In this document: positions 28,387 to 40,535 of the stretch, piece after piece
Position numbering within the stretch: position 1 is the stretch's first letter
Layout: every line of letters starts with the position of its first letter
NCBI RefSeq assembly: GCF_006345805.1
Contig: NC_042997.1
Location: forward strand, 105,648,001 to 105,712,000
Reading direction: 5' to 3'
DNA length: 64,000 nucleotides
Origin: Octopus sinensis
Lineage: Eukaryota
The notes under the pieces: generated by a model
What the model was told of the DNA's origin: nothing
Database searches by the model: none
Seen by the model: the letters and a program-made list of their open reading frames with translations, nothing else
Position numbers and translations under genes: made by a program

Positions 28387-29100
28387 GCATCCATTGATGG
28401 ATGATATTTTGTCCCACTCAGAATCTGCAGGAGTTGCTTAAAGATATTGCAAGCTCTTCTTCTAGTGGTGACTAAATCCATCGCAACTTTGGAAAGCCTT
28501 CCGTATTTTCAGCAGGGGTTTCAGAATCAAAAGAATTTCGTCCCTTAACTTTCATGCTTCAGATGAATGGGGCTGGGTGGCTATGAGGACTGAATTAGCC
28601 TTCACTTACAGAAGGTTTTATATGTGAACATTCGCAATCACTCAAAGTTTTTTCGTCTGTTATGGCTACCTGTTTTCTGGCGGGTGGGGTTGAAGTTGAT
28701 CTGGGTCCAAACCAAATTTCTGCCAGAAATAATGTACGTAACCATGGCAACCGACTTTAATAGGAAATGATTCTGTGTGCCAGCCTTTGACACGAGCCTC
28801 ATCAAAGAATTCCTAACCATTAGGTTTTCTTCAACTGATAATAAATGTTAATTCTCTTGGATAGCAGGAACATGTCTGCTCAAAGCAGTACGAAAACATA
28901 TCCAGACTGCCGCATCATGCGATAAGCCAACCATGTTCAGGTGTATAATATGAAGCCCCTACTAAGCAACGATGTTCACTATTCGAACCACTAACTCTAT
29001 GAACTGGGCATAGTCATCCACACTATTACACATATCCCGTATGTTTGCCTGAATCGCGAGTGATAACAGACTACTCATAAATACCTCGGTTCTTTTCTCC
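28387..29100 (-). mobile_element. Probable decayed RTE-type LINE 3' region ending in (TAA)n
   Basis: Weak minus-strand remnants (..NSVDD.., ..LVTTRRRAC..) and a microsatellite tail; heavily degenerate. Confidence 0.4.
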
Positions 29101-29750
29101 TAACCAAAAAATAAATAAAATAACAATAATATCTGTTTCTAATTAAAATTACATGAACTAATTTATTGATGAGTATCTGATAAAAAAAAACGTCAACTTT
29201 ACACTGAAACTGAAATAAGAATCATGAAACTGCGCAATAACACAGAATATATATTGTCCAATATGGTGGCTTTTTTTATAAAACGTTAACTTTACATTCC
29301 ATTGCCACCGAACGTCATTATCATAAGTATTATCTCCATTGGCACCCATCCGTCGTCACCACAATCATAATAATCATCACCATTACTATCATGATCATGC
29401 TCACTCTGAAGTTCATTTTCAGTGTGTGGAACCTTTTGTGTGGTTCAGTAATAACACATCATTCTCTGTATCTTGATATGACGTCAAATTCGTTGTGACA
29501 CTAATTGCTACGTCTAGTTCAATTGTGGAGTACATTTCCTATAATAAGTAACTTGCGCTATGAATTTATACATTTTTTCCTAAGCATGTCGCGTTTATTA
29601 ATACATACGCATAACCACACACACGCACACGTGCACGCAAGGTCATATGAATATTCAACACTCATACATCGACATTCCAGTTGCTACCTGCCAAAGTCAA
29701 GAGTCCACATCACTCACCAAAAGGCCCTGTTCCCACGTCATGTGTCACAT

Positions 29751-29834
<84 letters not shown>

Positions 29835-29842
<8 letters not shown>

Positions 29843-30630
29843 ATATTTCGGAATGGTCATATTGCCAGTTTAGCCAATAAAAACACACGCACTATATATT
29901 TGGTGTTATTTTGCTTCAGTGATATTTATTTTTTACATTAATCTTAATCTTATTTCGGCCAAAGTTCTTTCGTCACACTCCTGTGACCGCATCAGTGGTC
30001 CTTTGTTTTCTTCTCACTTACTTGTGTCTCTCCTTACTAACCGTCAGCCATTTTGTATTTCTATTGTATGTCTTCATTTGCGCATGCTTATATCTCTATG
30101 TGCGTCTATGTTTATTTAGTGTGTGTGTGGGGGGGATGCCTGTAATATTTGTATCTTCTGGTTATATACATTCTTGTAATTTGTATTTTGTTTTTGTTGT
30201 TGTTGCTTTTGTTCTAATTTTGTTCATGTGTTTACATCCACCCATTATTATCATTACATATGCTTGTATGTATGTATAACAACAATATTAGTAATAATAA
30301 TAATAAATCTAATCGAAAAAAAAAAAAAAAAGAATATACATATACATATATATATATATACATACATATACATATACATATATATATATACATATATACA
30401 CACATATATACACATATACATATACATATATATACACATATACATATATATAGATATTCATTTCTATTTCTTTAATTACCTGTGTATTTATTATGTTTGC
30501 AGGATTCACTATTGTCATATGTTGTGGTGTGCGTTATTGCTCCATTCTAGTTTTCTATTCAGGCTAGGTTTATTTTATTTTATTTTATTGGCTAAACTGG
30601 CAATATGACCATTCCGAAATATAACAATAT
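29835..30630 (-). mobile_element. PLE-terminal-like element (type 2) bounded by perfect 48-bp inverted repeats
   Basis: 29835-29882 is the exact reverse complement of 30583-30630; hammerhead-like motif inside. Confidence 0.7.
29957..30001 (-). ncRNA. Variant minimal hammerhead-like motif (A9C-type core)
   Basis: GGACCA-CTGATGC-G-GTCAC-aggagt-GTGAC-GAAA-G-AA-C-TT-TGGCC: stem II perfect, stem I 4/5 paired, 2-bp stem III. Confidence 0.55.
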
Positions 30631-30712
30631 CTGTTTCAACACACGACTTCACATAAAAAATCTTGCACAACAAATATTTAAACGTATATATATATATATA
30701 CATAACTGACTC

Positions 30713-31121
30713 TCCATCGGTTACAACGACGAGGGTTCCAGTTGAGACGATCAACGGATCAGCTTGCTCGTGAAATTAACGTGCACGTGGCTGAGAACTC
30801 CAAAGACACGTGTAGCCTTAACATAGTTCTCAGAGTGTGACAAGGCTGGCTCTTTGAAATACAGTGACTACTCATTTTTGCAAGCTGAAATAAAGTGTCT
30901 CGCTCAAGAACACAACGCGTCGCCGGGAATTGTATCCACGACCCACTTGAGATTTAACATCCAGCAGAACGCTGCTCAAATCAATCGTTTATCACTGCTG
31001 ATTCTTTACCTTTACACTAAAGTAAATATGAAACATAGATTTAAACCTTCACACCAACATATACATTATACATTTGCACACATTTTTTTACTTACAAATG
31101 TGAATGCATATATACACCTGT

Positions 31122-31193
<72 letters not shown>

Positions 31194-31440
31194 CAAGGCG
31201 CATGTCTTAGTGTTTAGGATGTTCGGCTCACGATCGTAAGGTCGTGAGTTCAATTCCCGGCGACGCGTTGTGTCCTTGAGCAAGGCACATTATAGTACGT
31301 TGCTCCATTCAGCTACCAAACTACGTTAAGGCTACAAGTGTCTGTGGAGTGCTCAGCCACTCCCACGTTAATTTCACGAGTAGGCCGTTCCATTGATTGG
31401 CTCAACTTGAAAAGACATCGTTGTAACCGATGGAGTGTTA
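30713..31440. mobile_element. Head-to-head pair of SINE family E-related copies (30713-30932 minus; 31195-31440 plus)
   Basis: Shared gttaatttcacgag...gttgtaaccgatggag tail and ttgtgtYcttgagc motif in opposite orientations. Confidence 0.75.
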
Positions 31441-31820
31441 GTTACGTACATATATGTGTGGGGGATGTATTTGACACATAAGGAGGAAACATGTCTTATT
31501 GATTAATGATCTGCACTTACGATCACGAGATTGTGATTTCAATACCTAGACTGGGCGGTACGTTTGAGATTAAGCAAAACACTTCATTACATGTTGCTCC
31601 GCGACCACTTCGACACTGGGTGTGTGGTACACCAGGAACCTGTTCAAGGAACGTCGAGTTGATGGAGGGCGTGAGCTAGTCTGCTGTTAATACATTTGAT
31701 CATTATAAACAATTCATTTGTGAAGCTAGTTCAGGAAGAAATTGTAGAACCGGCACATACATGTATGTGTGTCTGTACGTATGTAGATGTATATGTATGT
31801 ACATATGTATGTATGAATAT

Positions 31821-31860
<40 letters not shown>

Positions 31861-32381
31861 TGTGTGTGTGTGCGCGCGCGCGTAAATTGAAAGTGTTATA
31901 AATGTATTCGACTGAGAAAAATATATTTCACAATTATGCCAGACATGTCAGGCATTTGTATCATATTCAAAGAAATGATACATCTACAATTTAGAATAGC
32001 AAAACGGACACAAAAATTTAACAGAAGATGCTATTGAAATAACTTACAAAAATCTTATACTATAATTCATATGTTCAGTCGATGACGATCTCGGTAAAAG
32101 ATGAAAGCAAGGTTTCTTTATTCAAGCAACGTTGCTAAATTTAAATCACAATATACCGCAGATTTCCTTTGTGGAATTAATATTTGTCTTAATGGGTTAC
32201 CCATTGTGGAGAATTCTTAAACATTGGAGGCTTTCTCTCCATCTCGTTTGGAGTGCTTGCTAATCGTTAGTTAGCGATTTATCTATGTTCCCCTGAAGCC
32301 AGAAATTTATCTTATATATTATTTAGTATAGCGTTGTTCATCTTCTTGTCCAAATGAATGTCAAATGCATCCATCCGTCCA

Positions 32382-32788
32382 TCCAAACATTCATACATAC
32401 ATACGTACGTACATATGAAAGCGCATGTGTTTATATATATGTGTGTGTGTGGTGTGTGTGTGTGTGTGTATGTGTGTGTGTGTGTCACGTGTGTATCGTT
32501 GGCGATTTTTTCCTCGATCTTCCCTTCCTTGGATCTTTCCTTTTCCTATGTTTCTGACGAAGAGCGTCCAATAACACGTTATTGGACGCTCAGGAAAGGA
32601 AAGAAAGAAGGAGGATTTAACGTTTCGAGCAGAGCTCTTCGTCAGAAACATAGGAAAAGGAAAGATCCAAGGAAGAGAAGATGGAGGAAAAAATCGCCAA
32701 CGATACACACGTGACACACACACACATGTATATATATAAACACATGCGCTTACATATGTACGTATGTATGTACGTATGAATGTTTGGA
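32382..32788. repeat. Fold-back inverted duplication containing a PLE terminal repeat (type 3)
   Basis: Arms are reverse complements centred at 32576/7; the right arm has an extra 46 nt (32592-32637). Confidence 0.85.
32615..32649 (-). ncRNA. Minimal type I hammerhead ribozyme motif with intact core
   Basis: gttt-CTGACGA-A-GAGC-tct-GCTC-GAAAC-GTT-aaat: CUGANGA core, 4-bp stem II, GAAA, palindromic ACGU stem III, GUU site. Confidence 0.75.
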
Positions 32789-32999
32789 GAGAAAGAATGA
32801 TTTCTAATAAAGATTCATCATATTCATAGAAAAACACCCAGAGCAAGTATTAAGAATATGGAAATAGTACTTGAAAAATATCGTTATAGGTATAAAGATA
32901 CCATAAACAATTATAGAAGTTATAGAAAAATATAATATAAATGTGTGTGTGTATTTTTATGATCAGTGTCTCTTCATATGTCCGAGTTTTTTGTGAACT

Positions 33000-34225
33000 T
33001 CTGGTCAGATGTCTACTCGACTCGCAGCAGAACTGGAGAAATTTCAGTCCTGCTGTGAGAGATGGGGTAGCGCTGCTCAGAAAGGACTGGAATAAGGGGT
33101 ATAATGCTAACATACCAGATTTGTTTGCCGACTTCTTGGGAGATATCTCCCACAAACAGCATTAGAAGAAGAGAATCCCCATTTCTGTGAGTCTATAAGA
33201 GGTGGTGCTATTAAGGAACGATACAAACGAGAGATGTAGTGGATGGGGGTGCATGTAGCTGTTAAACAGAGACTTCAAAATTATGTCTAGAGAGTTAGGT
33301 AACAGCTCGGTGTCTGTTGTCTATGGTCTGATGTACAGAAATTGTCATCTGAAACAGATTTGTCTACGATAATCCTCACCTCCTGCGATATTTCATACGG
33401 AGATTGAATAAGAAACCGGGCACGGGTGGAGCCCTAATCAATTTAGATCAATAGAAAGTTTTCGATTTGGTCGATCACTAATATTTGGAATCTAACCTCA
33501 CGCAACCGGTTTCATTTCCGTCTTCCGCTATTTGTTGTACAGCAACACCTGCTCATTGGATAGGACCAGTGACCACCTAACACAGCCATACAATATGATG
33601 CGCTCAGTCTGTAACGGTTGTAAACCCTCATCCCTTCTGTACTGAACCTTGAGCCACTACCTCAGAAACTAGAAACTATGAGGGGCAACGGCGAGAACTA
33701 GGATGCGGAAAATTGATGTTAGCATTCGCAGACAACGTCAACGTTATAATAGCGGACACCAGACATATTGAGTTGATTGTTCAAAAATCAACCAAGTAAA
33801 AATCAGTGGATTTCTGCTTATCTCATGGAGAGACACGTTCACGTCATTCAACAGTTACTCAATTTCATTTGAAACGGGCTGGGAGAAAGTTATTTCTGCT
33901 TCGTCGGGAAGAAGTGGCAGCCGTTTAAATCTCCCTCCTATATAACAGCATGACCGTCTTACGCTAATCTAGTGCACGTCTTACCGTACTGCTATTCAGC
34001 TGGTCAGACACTCGATTTGTTATCATCATTCACCGAGTGGAGGATTGTAAGCGTGCCGTAACTGATGATGCACAAACGTGCGCTAAGATTGCGATATCTT
34101 CAGCTTTTCTTGACGGTGCGGGTGGTTGCTTTTCCATAGCTCTTGCTTTTAACGAAGATGTAATCCTGGATCAAACCTATAGAGAGGCAGAGCACACGGT
34201 TGCTATAGTGCCGTAGTCTTGCACC
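33000..34225 (+). mobile_element. Decayed L1/Tx1-clade LINE reverse transcriptase
   Basis: GVALLRKD, ALINLDQ*KVFDLVDH (DxxKAFDRVDH), RSVCNGC..S.LLY (RQGCPLSPLLY), AFADNVNVII (YADD), HKRALRLRYL. Confidence 0.75.
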
Positions 34226-34261
34226 AAAATTACAAATAATTATTATTATTAGTGTTATTGT

Positions 34262-34970
34262 TGTTCTTCTTTTAACTCGAGTTTTCTTATGACACCTGGA
34301 GTCTTGCATGCGTAGCGGGCTTGCTACCTGCAGCTTATGGTACCTTATTATCTGTTCTTTTCAACTATCTATTGCTTTCCTGATGCTTCTTGCCGTACTA
34401 AGGAGCCAAATCTTTTGCAACATATCTACTAAACACTGTTTCCATTTTTTGAATATTTTTCTTGATCCCTTCTGATACTGGCCCCAAGGATCCAACAATA
34501 ATCGGCGCCATCTTGACCTTCTTCATTTTCCACAGTCGAGCTATCTCGTATTTAAGAGGATTGTGTATGTCCATATTTTCGGCTTACTTCTTCGCTATTC
34601 GTGGATCCTAGCGATACGCAACATCAATTATAGAGTACATGTGGTTCACATTGTCCACCACCTCTAGGTCCAGCTTGTTGTGCACAAGCATCTAGTCTAC
34701 TTGGATTAGGAAATCTGATAGGATTTTGCAAGTCTCGGACTCTACCACTCTCTGTGGTTTGCGCTCGTATCACTTGTTTCATCCTAACCCTAACACTTTA
34801 TAGTTTCCAATGCAACGCTTTCGCTACAGTTCATACTGGTTTTGGGCAAGACGAGGGCATTCGTTGACGATATTGTAGATTACACATTCGGTACAACCAT
34901 GGAGACACTTGCTCGTTCCTAAAGTTCACCCTCAGATTTGTCGCTAAATCTTGACCTTACGCTGCCATTA
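34262..34970 (-). mobile_element. Old R4/Dong-type RLE retrotransposon 3' part (subfamily a)
   Basis: KPQRVVESETCKIL.DF.IQ, HN.LDL.VVD, IIDVA, LKYEIARLWKMKKV..PIIVGSLG; multiple stops. Confidence 0.75.
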
Positions 34971-35111
34971 ATTCTCCCACCTGTTGGGCGAAATTTTATT
35001 GTTGTTATTGTTATTTATTTTCTACTTAACAGTGTGCCAAACCCCAGTTGTCCCTTGAGTTGTATTATCCCTATTTGCTTTGTGTCCAGCCCTCACGGCC
35101 AATAAAGAACA

Positions 35112-35170
<59 letters not shown>

Positions 35171-35173
<3 letters not shown>

Positions 35174-36193
35174 GTTTGACTTTTGCTTTATGTCTGTACA
35201 AGTTGGCTCCAAGTCTCACCCAGAGACCTCAAGAGACAACAGGTTGGAAGTTCTGTGCCATATATTTTGGGGGGTTTTTTGTGTGTTGTACTAGTGAATG
35301 TCTAATACATAAAAAAATAAATAAATAAATAAAAAAATAAATAAATAAAAATAAATAAAAAAAAGTTTGTTTTAAACCTTGGGATTACATAGAGAGTATT
35401 TTGCGTAGGATATGAGCAGTTCCCATGAGCACTATCTTTTGAATTTCTGCCATTTTGGGGTTTCCTGGTATCTGAGTTAGGTAGCAATCAGTCCCTTTCG
35501 CTATCATTCCCAGGGCACCTATGACAACAGGTATTGTTTTAGTCTTCAGCTTCCACATTTTGCTGATTTCTATTTCAAGATCTTTATATTTGCTCAGTTT
35601 TTGGTAGGTCTTGACAGATACGTTTATATCGATTGGGACAGTCATATCAATGAGGAGGCATGTTCTTTGTCTGAAGTCTTTCAATATAATGTCTGGCCTA
35701 TTTGCATCTATCTTCCTGTCAGTTTGAATGGTGAAGTTCCAGAGGAGTGAGATGTGGTCATTTTCAAGCACAGGAGGTGGATTGTGTTCCCACCAGTTTT
35801 TTTCATGGGGCAAATCCAGGTTTTTGCAAATTACCCAGTGAATATATTGTGCAGCTCTATCATGCCTACTGAGGTACTCTATAGGCGCTAGAAGACTGCA
35901 TTTGGAGACAACATAGTCAATGGTTTCATTTTGTTTTCGGCATACACGACATGTTGGGCTACTGCCGTTCTTTAATATGTTGGCCTGGTAGTTTCTTGTT
36001 GGTAGGCATTGATCTTGAGCTGCTATGATAAGTCACTCTCTTTCAGATTTTAAGCCAGAGGCCATTAGCCATTGATGGGTCAGGGCTTTGTCGACATCTG
36101 CATTATTCGCTCTCTTTGGGTATTTGCCATAGAGAGGTTTTTCTTGCCATTTATTATTCAGAATATCTAAAGCAGCAGTTTTGGCACGGGTTT

Positions 36194-36195
<2 letters not shown>
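35171..36195 (-). mobile_element. R4/Dong-type RLE retrotransposon, 5'-truncated (subfamily b, copy 1)
   Basis: Zn-knuckle CRVC..ETIDYVVSKC, RHD, PD..D endonuclease (RPDIILKD...IDMTVP), KLSKYKDL; in-frame TGA near 36030; flanked by (ATT)n. Confidence 0.9.
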
Positions 36196-36252
<57 letters not shown>

Positions 36253-36324
36253 ATATTATTATTATTATTATTATTAATAATAATATATTATTATTATTAT
36301 TATAATAATAATATTATTATTATA

Positions 36325-36368
<44 letters not shown>

Positions 36369-36390
36369 TATTATTATTATTATTATTATT

Positions 36391-37712
36391 CTTTGTATGA
36401 CTTTTGCTTTATATTTGTACAAGTTGGCTCCAAGTCTCACCCAGAGACCTCAAGAGACAACAGGGTTGGAAGTTCATGTTGTTGTTATGCCTAGTGTGCC
36501 ATATATTTGGGGGGTGGGGATGTTGTACTAATGAATGTCTAAAAAAAAAAGTTTTTTTTTTTTTTATTAAACCGAAAATTATGTTTGTTTTAAACCTTGA
36601 GATTACATAGAGAGTATTTTGCGTAGGATATGAGCAGTTCCCATGAGCACTATCTTTTGAATTTCTGCCATTTTGGGGTTTCCTGGTATCTGAGTTAGGT
36701 AGCAATCAGTCCCTTTCGCTATCATTCCCAGGGCACCTATGACAACAGGTATTGTTTTAGTCTTCAGCTTCCACATTTTGCTGATTTCTATTTCAAGATC
36801 TTTATATTTGCTCAGTTTTTGGTAGGTCTTGACAGATACGTTTATATCGATTGGGACAGTCATATCAATGAGGAGGCATGTTCTTTGTTTGAAGTCTTTC
36901 AATATGATGTCTGGCCTATTTGCATCTATCTTCCTGTCAGTTTGAATGGTGAAGTTCCAGAGGAGTGAGATGTGGTCATTTTCAAGCACTGGGGGTGGTT
37001 TGTGTTCCCACCAGTTTTTTTCATGGGGCAAATCCAGGTTTTTACAGATTACCCAGTGAATATATTGTGCAGCTCTATCGTGCCTGTTGAGATACTCTGT
37101 AGGCGCTAGAAGACTGCACTTGGAGACCACATAGTCAATGGTTTCATTTTGTTGCTTGCACACACGACACGTTGGACTGCTTCTGATCTTTAATATGTTG
37201 GCCTGGTAGTTTCTTGTTGGTAGACATTGATCTTGAGCTGCTATGATAAACCCCTCTGTTTCAGATTTTAAGCCAGAGGCCATTAGCCATTGATGGGTCA
37301 GGGCTTTGTCGATATCTGCATTATTCGCTCTCTTTGGGTATTTGCCATAGAGAGGTTTTTCTTGCCATTTATTATTCAGAATATCTAAGGCCGTAGTTTT
37401 GGCACGGGTTTTCATGCGCCTAGCTTTTTCTGTGCTTGTTTCTTGTATATCTATCTCTAATTCCGAAATTGGTTGTATCGGAATTCACTTAGATATTCCT
37501 TTGCCTGTTTTGTGACTGAGTATGATGCTTTCTTGTTTTCATGTTTTGAGACAAGTTTTAACATCCAGTCCTCAGAGTTTTTCAGGTAGGTGTCTAGGCC
37601 AATTGTAGCAATCTTCATTGTTATTGCCAGTTGCAAAAGACCACGGCCTCCCTCTTTTCTTGGCAGATAGAGTCGTTCTGTATCTGCCTTAGGGTGGTGC
37701 ATTCTATGCATT
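36391..37712 (-). mobile_element. R4/Dong-type RLE retrotransposon, 5'-truncated (subfamily b, copy 2), including the 270-aa ORF 36603..37415
   Basis: LYLPRKEGGRGL (RT thumb), WQEKPLYGKY, AAQDQCLPTRNY, CRVC knuckle, RHD, RPD..D; frameshifted upstream of 37415. Confidence 0.92.
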
Positions 37713-37723
37713 GTCATTCTATG

Positions 37724-37768
<45 letters not shown>

Positions 37769-37784
37769 CATTATTATTATTATT

Positions 37785-38110
37785 CAGTAGTTTTATATTT
37801 ATAGCGTGCTCTCAGTCCACTACCGAGCGCAGTTCTGTGTGCCTTGGGTATGTGCTGTGGTTTGTTGTGATGTTCTTATGGTTACTGTATTGAAAGTGTC
37901 TTGCGTAGGATGTGTGCAGTACCTAGTGGTGCAATTTTCTGTATGCTCTAAGTCCTCGTGTTTTTGTTATATATTTGTCTGAAAATTTTTTCATCATACA
38001 TAATGCGTCTAATATGATAGGAATTGTTTCTGTTTTTAGATTCCACATTCGAGTTACCTCTATTTCCAGGTCTTTGTGTTTTGAAAGTTTCTCCATTTCT
38101 TTTAGAGAAA
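37785..38110 (-). mobile_element. R4/Dong-type 3' fragment (subfamily c)
   Basis: KLSKHKDLEIEVTRMWNLKTETIPII...IQKIAPLGTAHILRKTLS plus a distinct 3' UTR. Confidence 0.85.
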
Positions 38111-38409
38111 TTATTATTATTATTATTATTACTATTATTATTATTATTATTATTACTACTACTATTATTTCCTGTCTAGAGATTCAAATTCTGCGTAAGC
38201 ATAGTAAATATCCTCAGATGAATTAGAAATATTGAGAATCTTCCTTTACAATGCTCTGAACAATATTTATAGAATAATATTCATACGAGCAATGCCGAAC
38301 TGAAGAACATTTGAACTTACAAGGCCCAAGGACATAGCCATTTTGCAACGTACGTGAACAACCGTGCGTGGGTATATTTGCGAGTGTATATACTCATGCC
38401 TACATATTA

Positions 38410-38429
38410 TGTACACACACACGCACACA

Positions 38430-38490
<61 letters not shown>

Positions 38491-38827
38491 TAACGAATAG
38501 AAGTAGTACTCAACACCTATAGCTGGGGTTGTGTTTATTGAGTAACATGAGAAGCTACGTCAACCTGCTTATGTATGTATATATGCACATATATATGGGC
38601 ATATTAAACACGCATGTATATATATATACACATACATAGACATACACACACACATATATATATATATATACATAGACATACATATATGTATACATATATA
38701 CATAGGCATACATGCATATATATTTATATAAACATATATATGCATATATATATATATACATATGTATATACATATATATGCAATATACATATATATATGT
38801 ACTTACATATACACGCACATTTATGCT

Positions 38828-38888
<61 letters not shown>

Positions 38889-38943
38889 ACATACATTTAT
38901 ACATACATATATATACATTATGCATGCATACTTATACACATTT

Positions 38944-38974
<31 letters not shown>

Positions 38975-39240
38975 CGCATATTTATATGCATGTTTGTGCA
39001 CATTATATATAATTGTATATATGTAATATATGCTTATATATATATATATATATATAGACGCACACAGACAGATACACATACACAGACATACATACATATG
39101 TGTCCTCACACCCTATTTTGATACGTGCATAAACAAATACGCGTTTCCCAAAACATATATGTGAACCAACATACATATGGTAAACTAACACAAATACAAC
39201 ACACACACACAGACACACACACAATTACACACACATACTT
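38410..39240. repeat. (GA)n and complex (TA)/(CA) microsatellite block
   Basis: Direct observation. Confidence 0.9.
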
Positions 39241-39789
39241 ACATATACAGAGATGAAAGACTAAGTAAGCCGGTTGCTTTTTCGACACACTTTTTTTTTT
39301 TAGTTTTCTTGTTCTTTAATTTTGTTTTGCTGTCGTTGTTGTTGTTGATGGTGTTGTTATTGTTATCGTTATTGTTGTTGTTGTTTTTATTTTTTCTCGA
39401 TGTGGTCGACTGCGTCGATATGGTTCGGTCGAGGTTCGTGTCGCATGTAGTCTGCCAAGCACTCATTCCACGTCCGATACGTGAGAACAAGCATAATGTT
39501 ATAATCACGGAAATGGTAGCGACACCTCATCAAAATATGGAAGTCATTTGTAGAAAGGGAATTAAAGACGATAGAAGTTAATACTGTAACAGTTCCTCAG
39601 GAAAATACTCTTTTTGTTTTGTTTTTGTTTTTATTTATTTTTTTTAATTTTGTTTGTTTGTTTGTTGGTTTGTTTTTTTGTTTTTTGTTTTTTTATCTCA
39701 TCGACTGTTCGGTGTTCAGTATTCTTTCAAAGGCATGGCGTCAATTATGATTCACACAGAACGGCCGGATGCATGGCTCACTGGACATA

Positions 39790-40535
39790 AAGGATAGTAA
39801 TGACGACGACGGTTACGATGATGATGACGGTGATGATGATGAGGATGATGATGAGGTGGAGGAGGAGGACGAGATGAGGAGGAACTGGATAAATATGGTA
39901 ATAGGGGGTAATCGTAAGGTGATAAAGATGTCGTTCATGATGATGATGATGATGAAGACGGAGATGATGATGATTATGATCTTGATGGTGATAGTAGTGG
40001 TAATGATGATGATGGTAATAGTGATAGTCATGGTGATGATGATGATCATCATCAGCAGCAGCAGCAGCAACATCATGACGCAGAGAAGCAGGATGAAGTT
40101 GTCGAGAAAAAGAGGAACAATTTTTATGATGATGATGACAACGACGACGACGACGATGATGATGATGATGATGATGATGATGACGATGGAGAGGAATAGG
40201 AGTAGGAGGAAGAGGAGGAAGAGGAGGAAGAGGAGGAGGAGAGGAAGAAGAAGAAGAAGAGAAGAAGAAGAAGAAGAAGAAGAAGAAGAAATGGTGGAAG
40301 AAGAAGAAGAAATGGTGGAAGAAGAAATAGACGAGAGGAGGTAAAGGATGAATTCAGAGAAAAAGAACTGTTTTACTAATGATGATGATGATGGTACGTT
40401 TATGATGATGTTGATGATGATGACGACGCCTACAGTGACGATAGTGATGACCAAAGACAAGCAGCGTCATGAAAACGAAGCGAACTTAAAAGGAAGCAAT
40501 GCGAATGATGACAATGACAATGGTTGCTGATGATG
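39790..40535. repeat. Compound trinucleotide low-complexity tract (GAT/GAG/GAA/GCA/GAC)
   Basis: Direct observation; explains ORFs 39769..40344 and 39813..40460. Confidence 0.85.

Noticed and set aside
32546-32600. Plus-strand CTGACGA + long stem as a second hammerhead
   Set aside because: The stem is followed by AGGAAAGG rather than GAAAC and there is no stem III or cleavage site; it is the inverted, gapped arm.
38321-38345. aaaATGgct...|gtaagt on the minus strand (possible first coding exon MAMSLGL)
   Set aside because: Too short to distinguish from chance; no downstream exon found.
39769-40530. 191-aa and 215-aa acidic or hydrophobic ORFs
   Set aside because: Trinucleotide low complexity keeps both strands open; no domain and no splice support.
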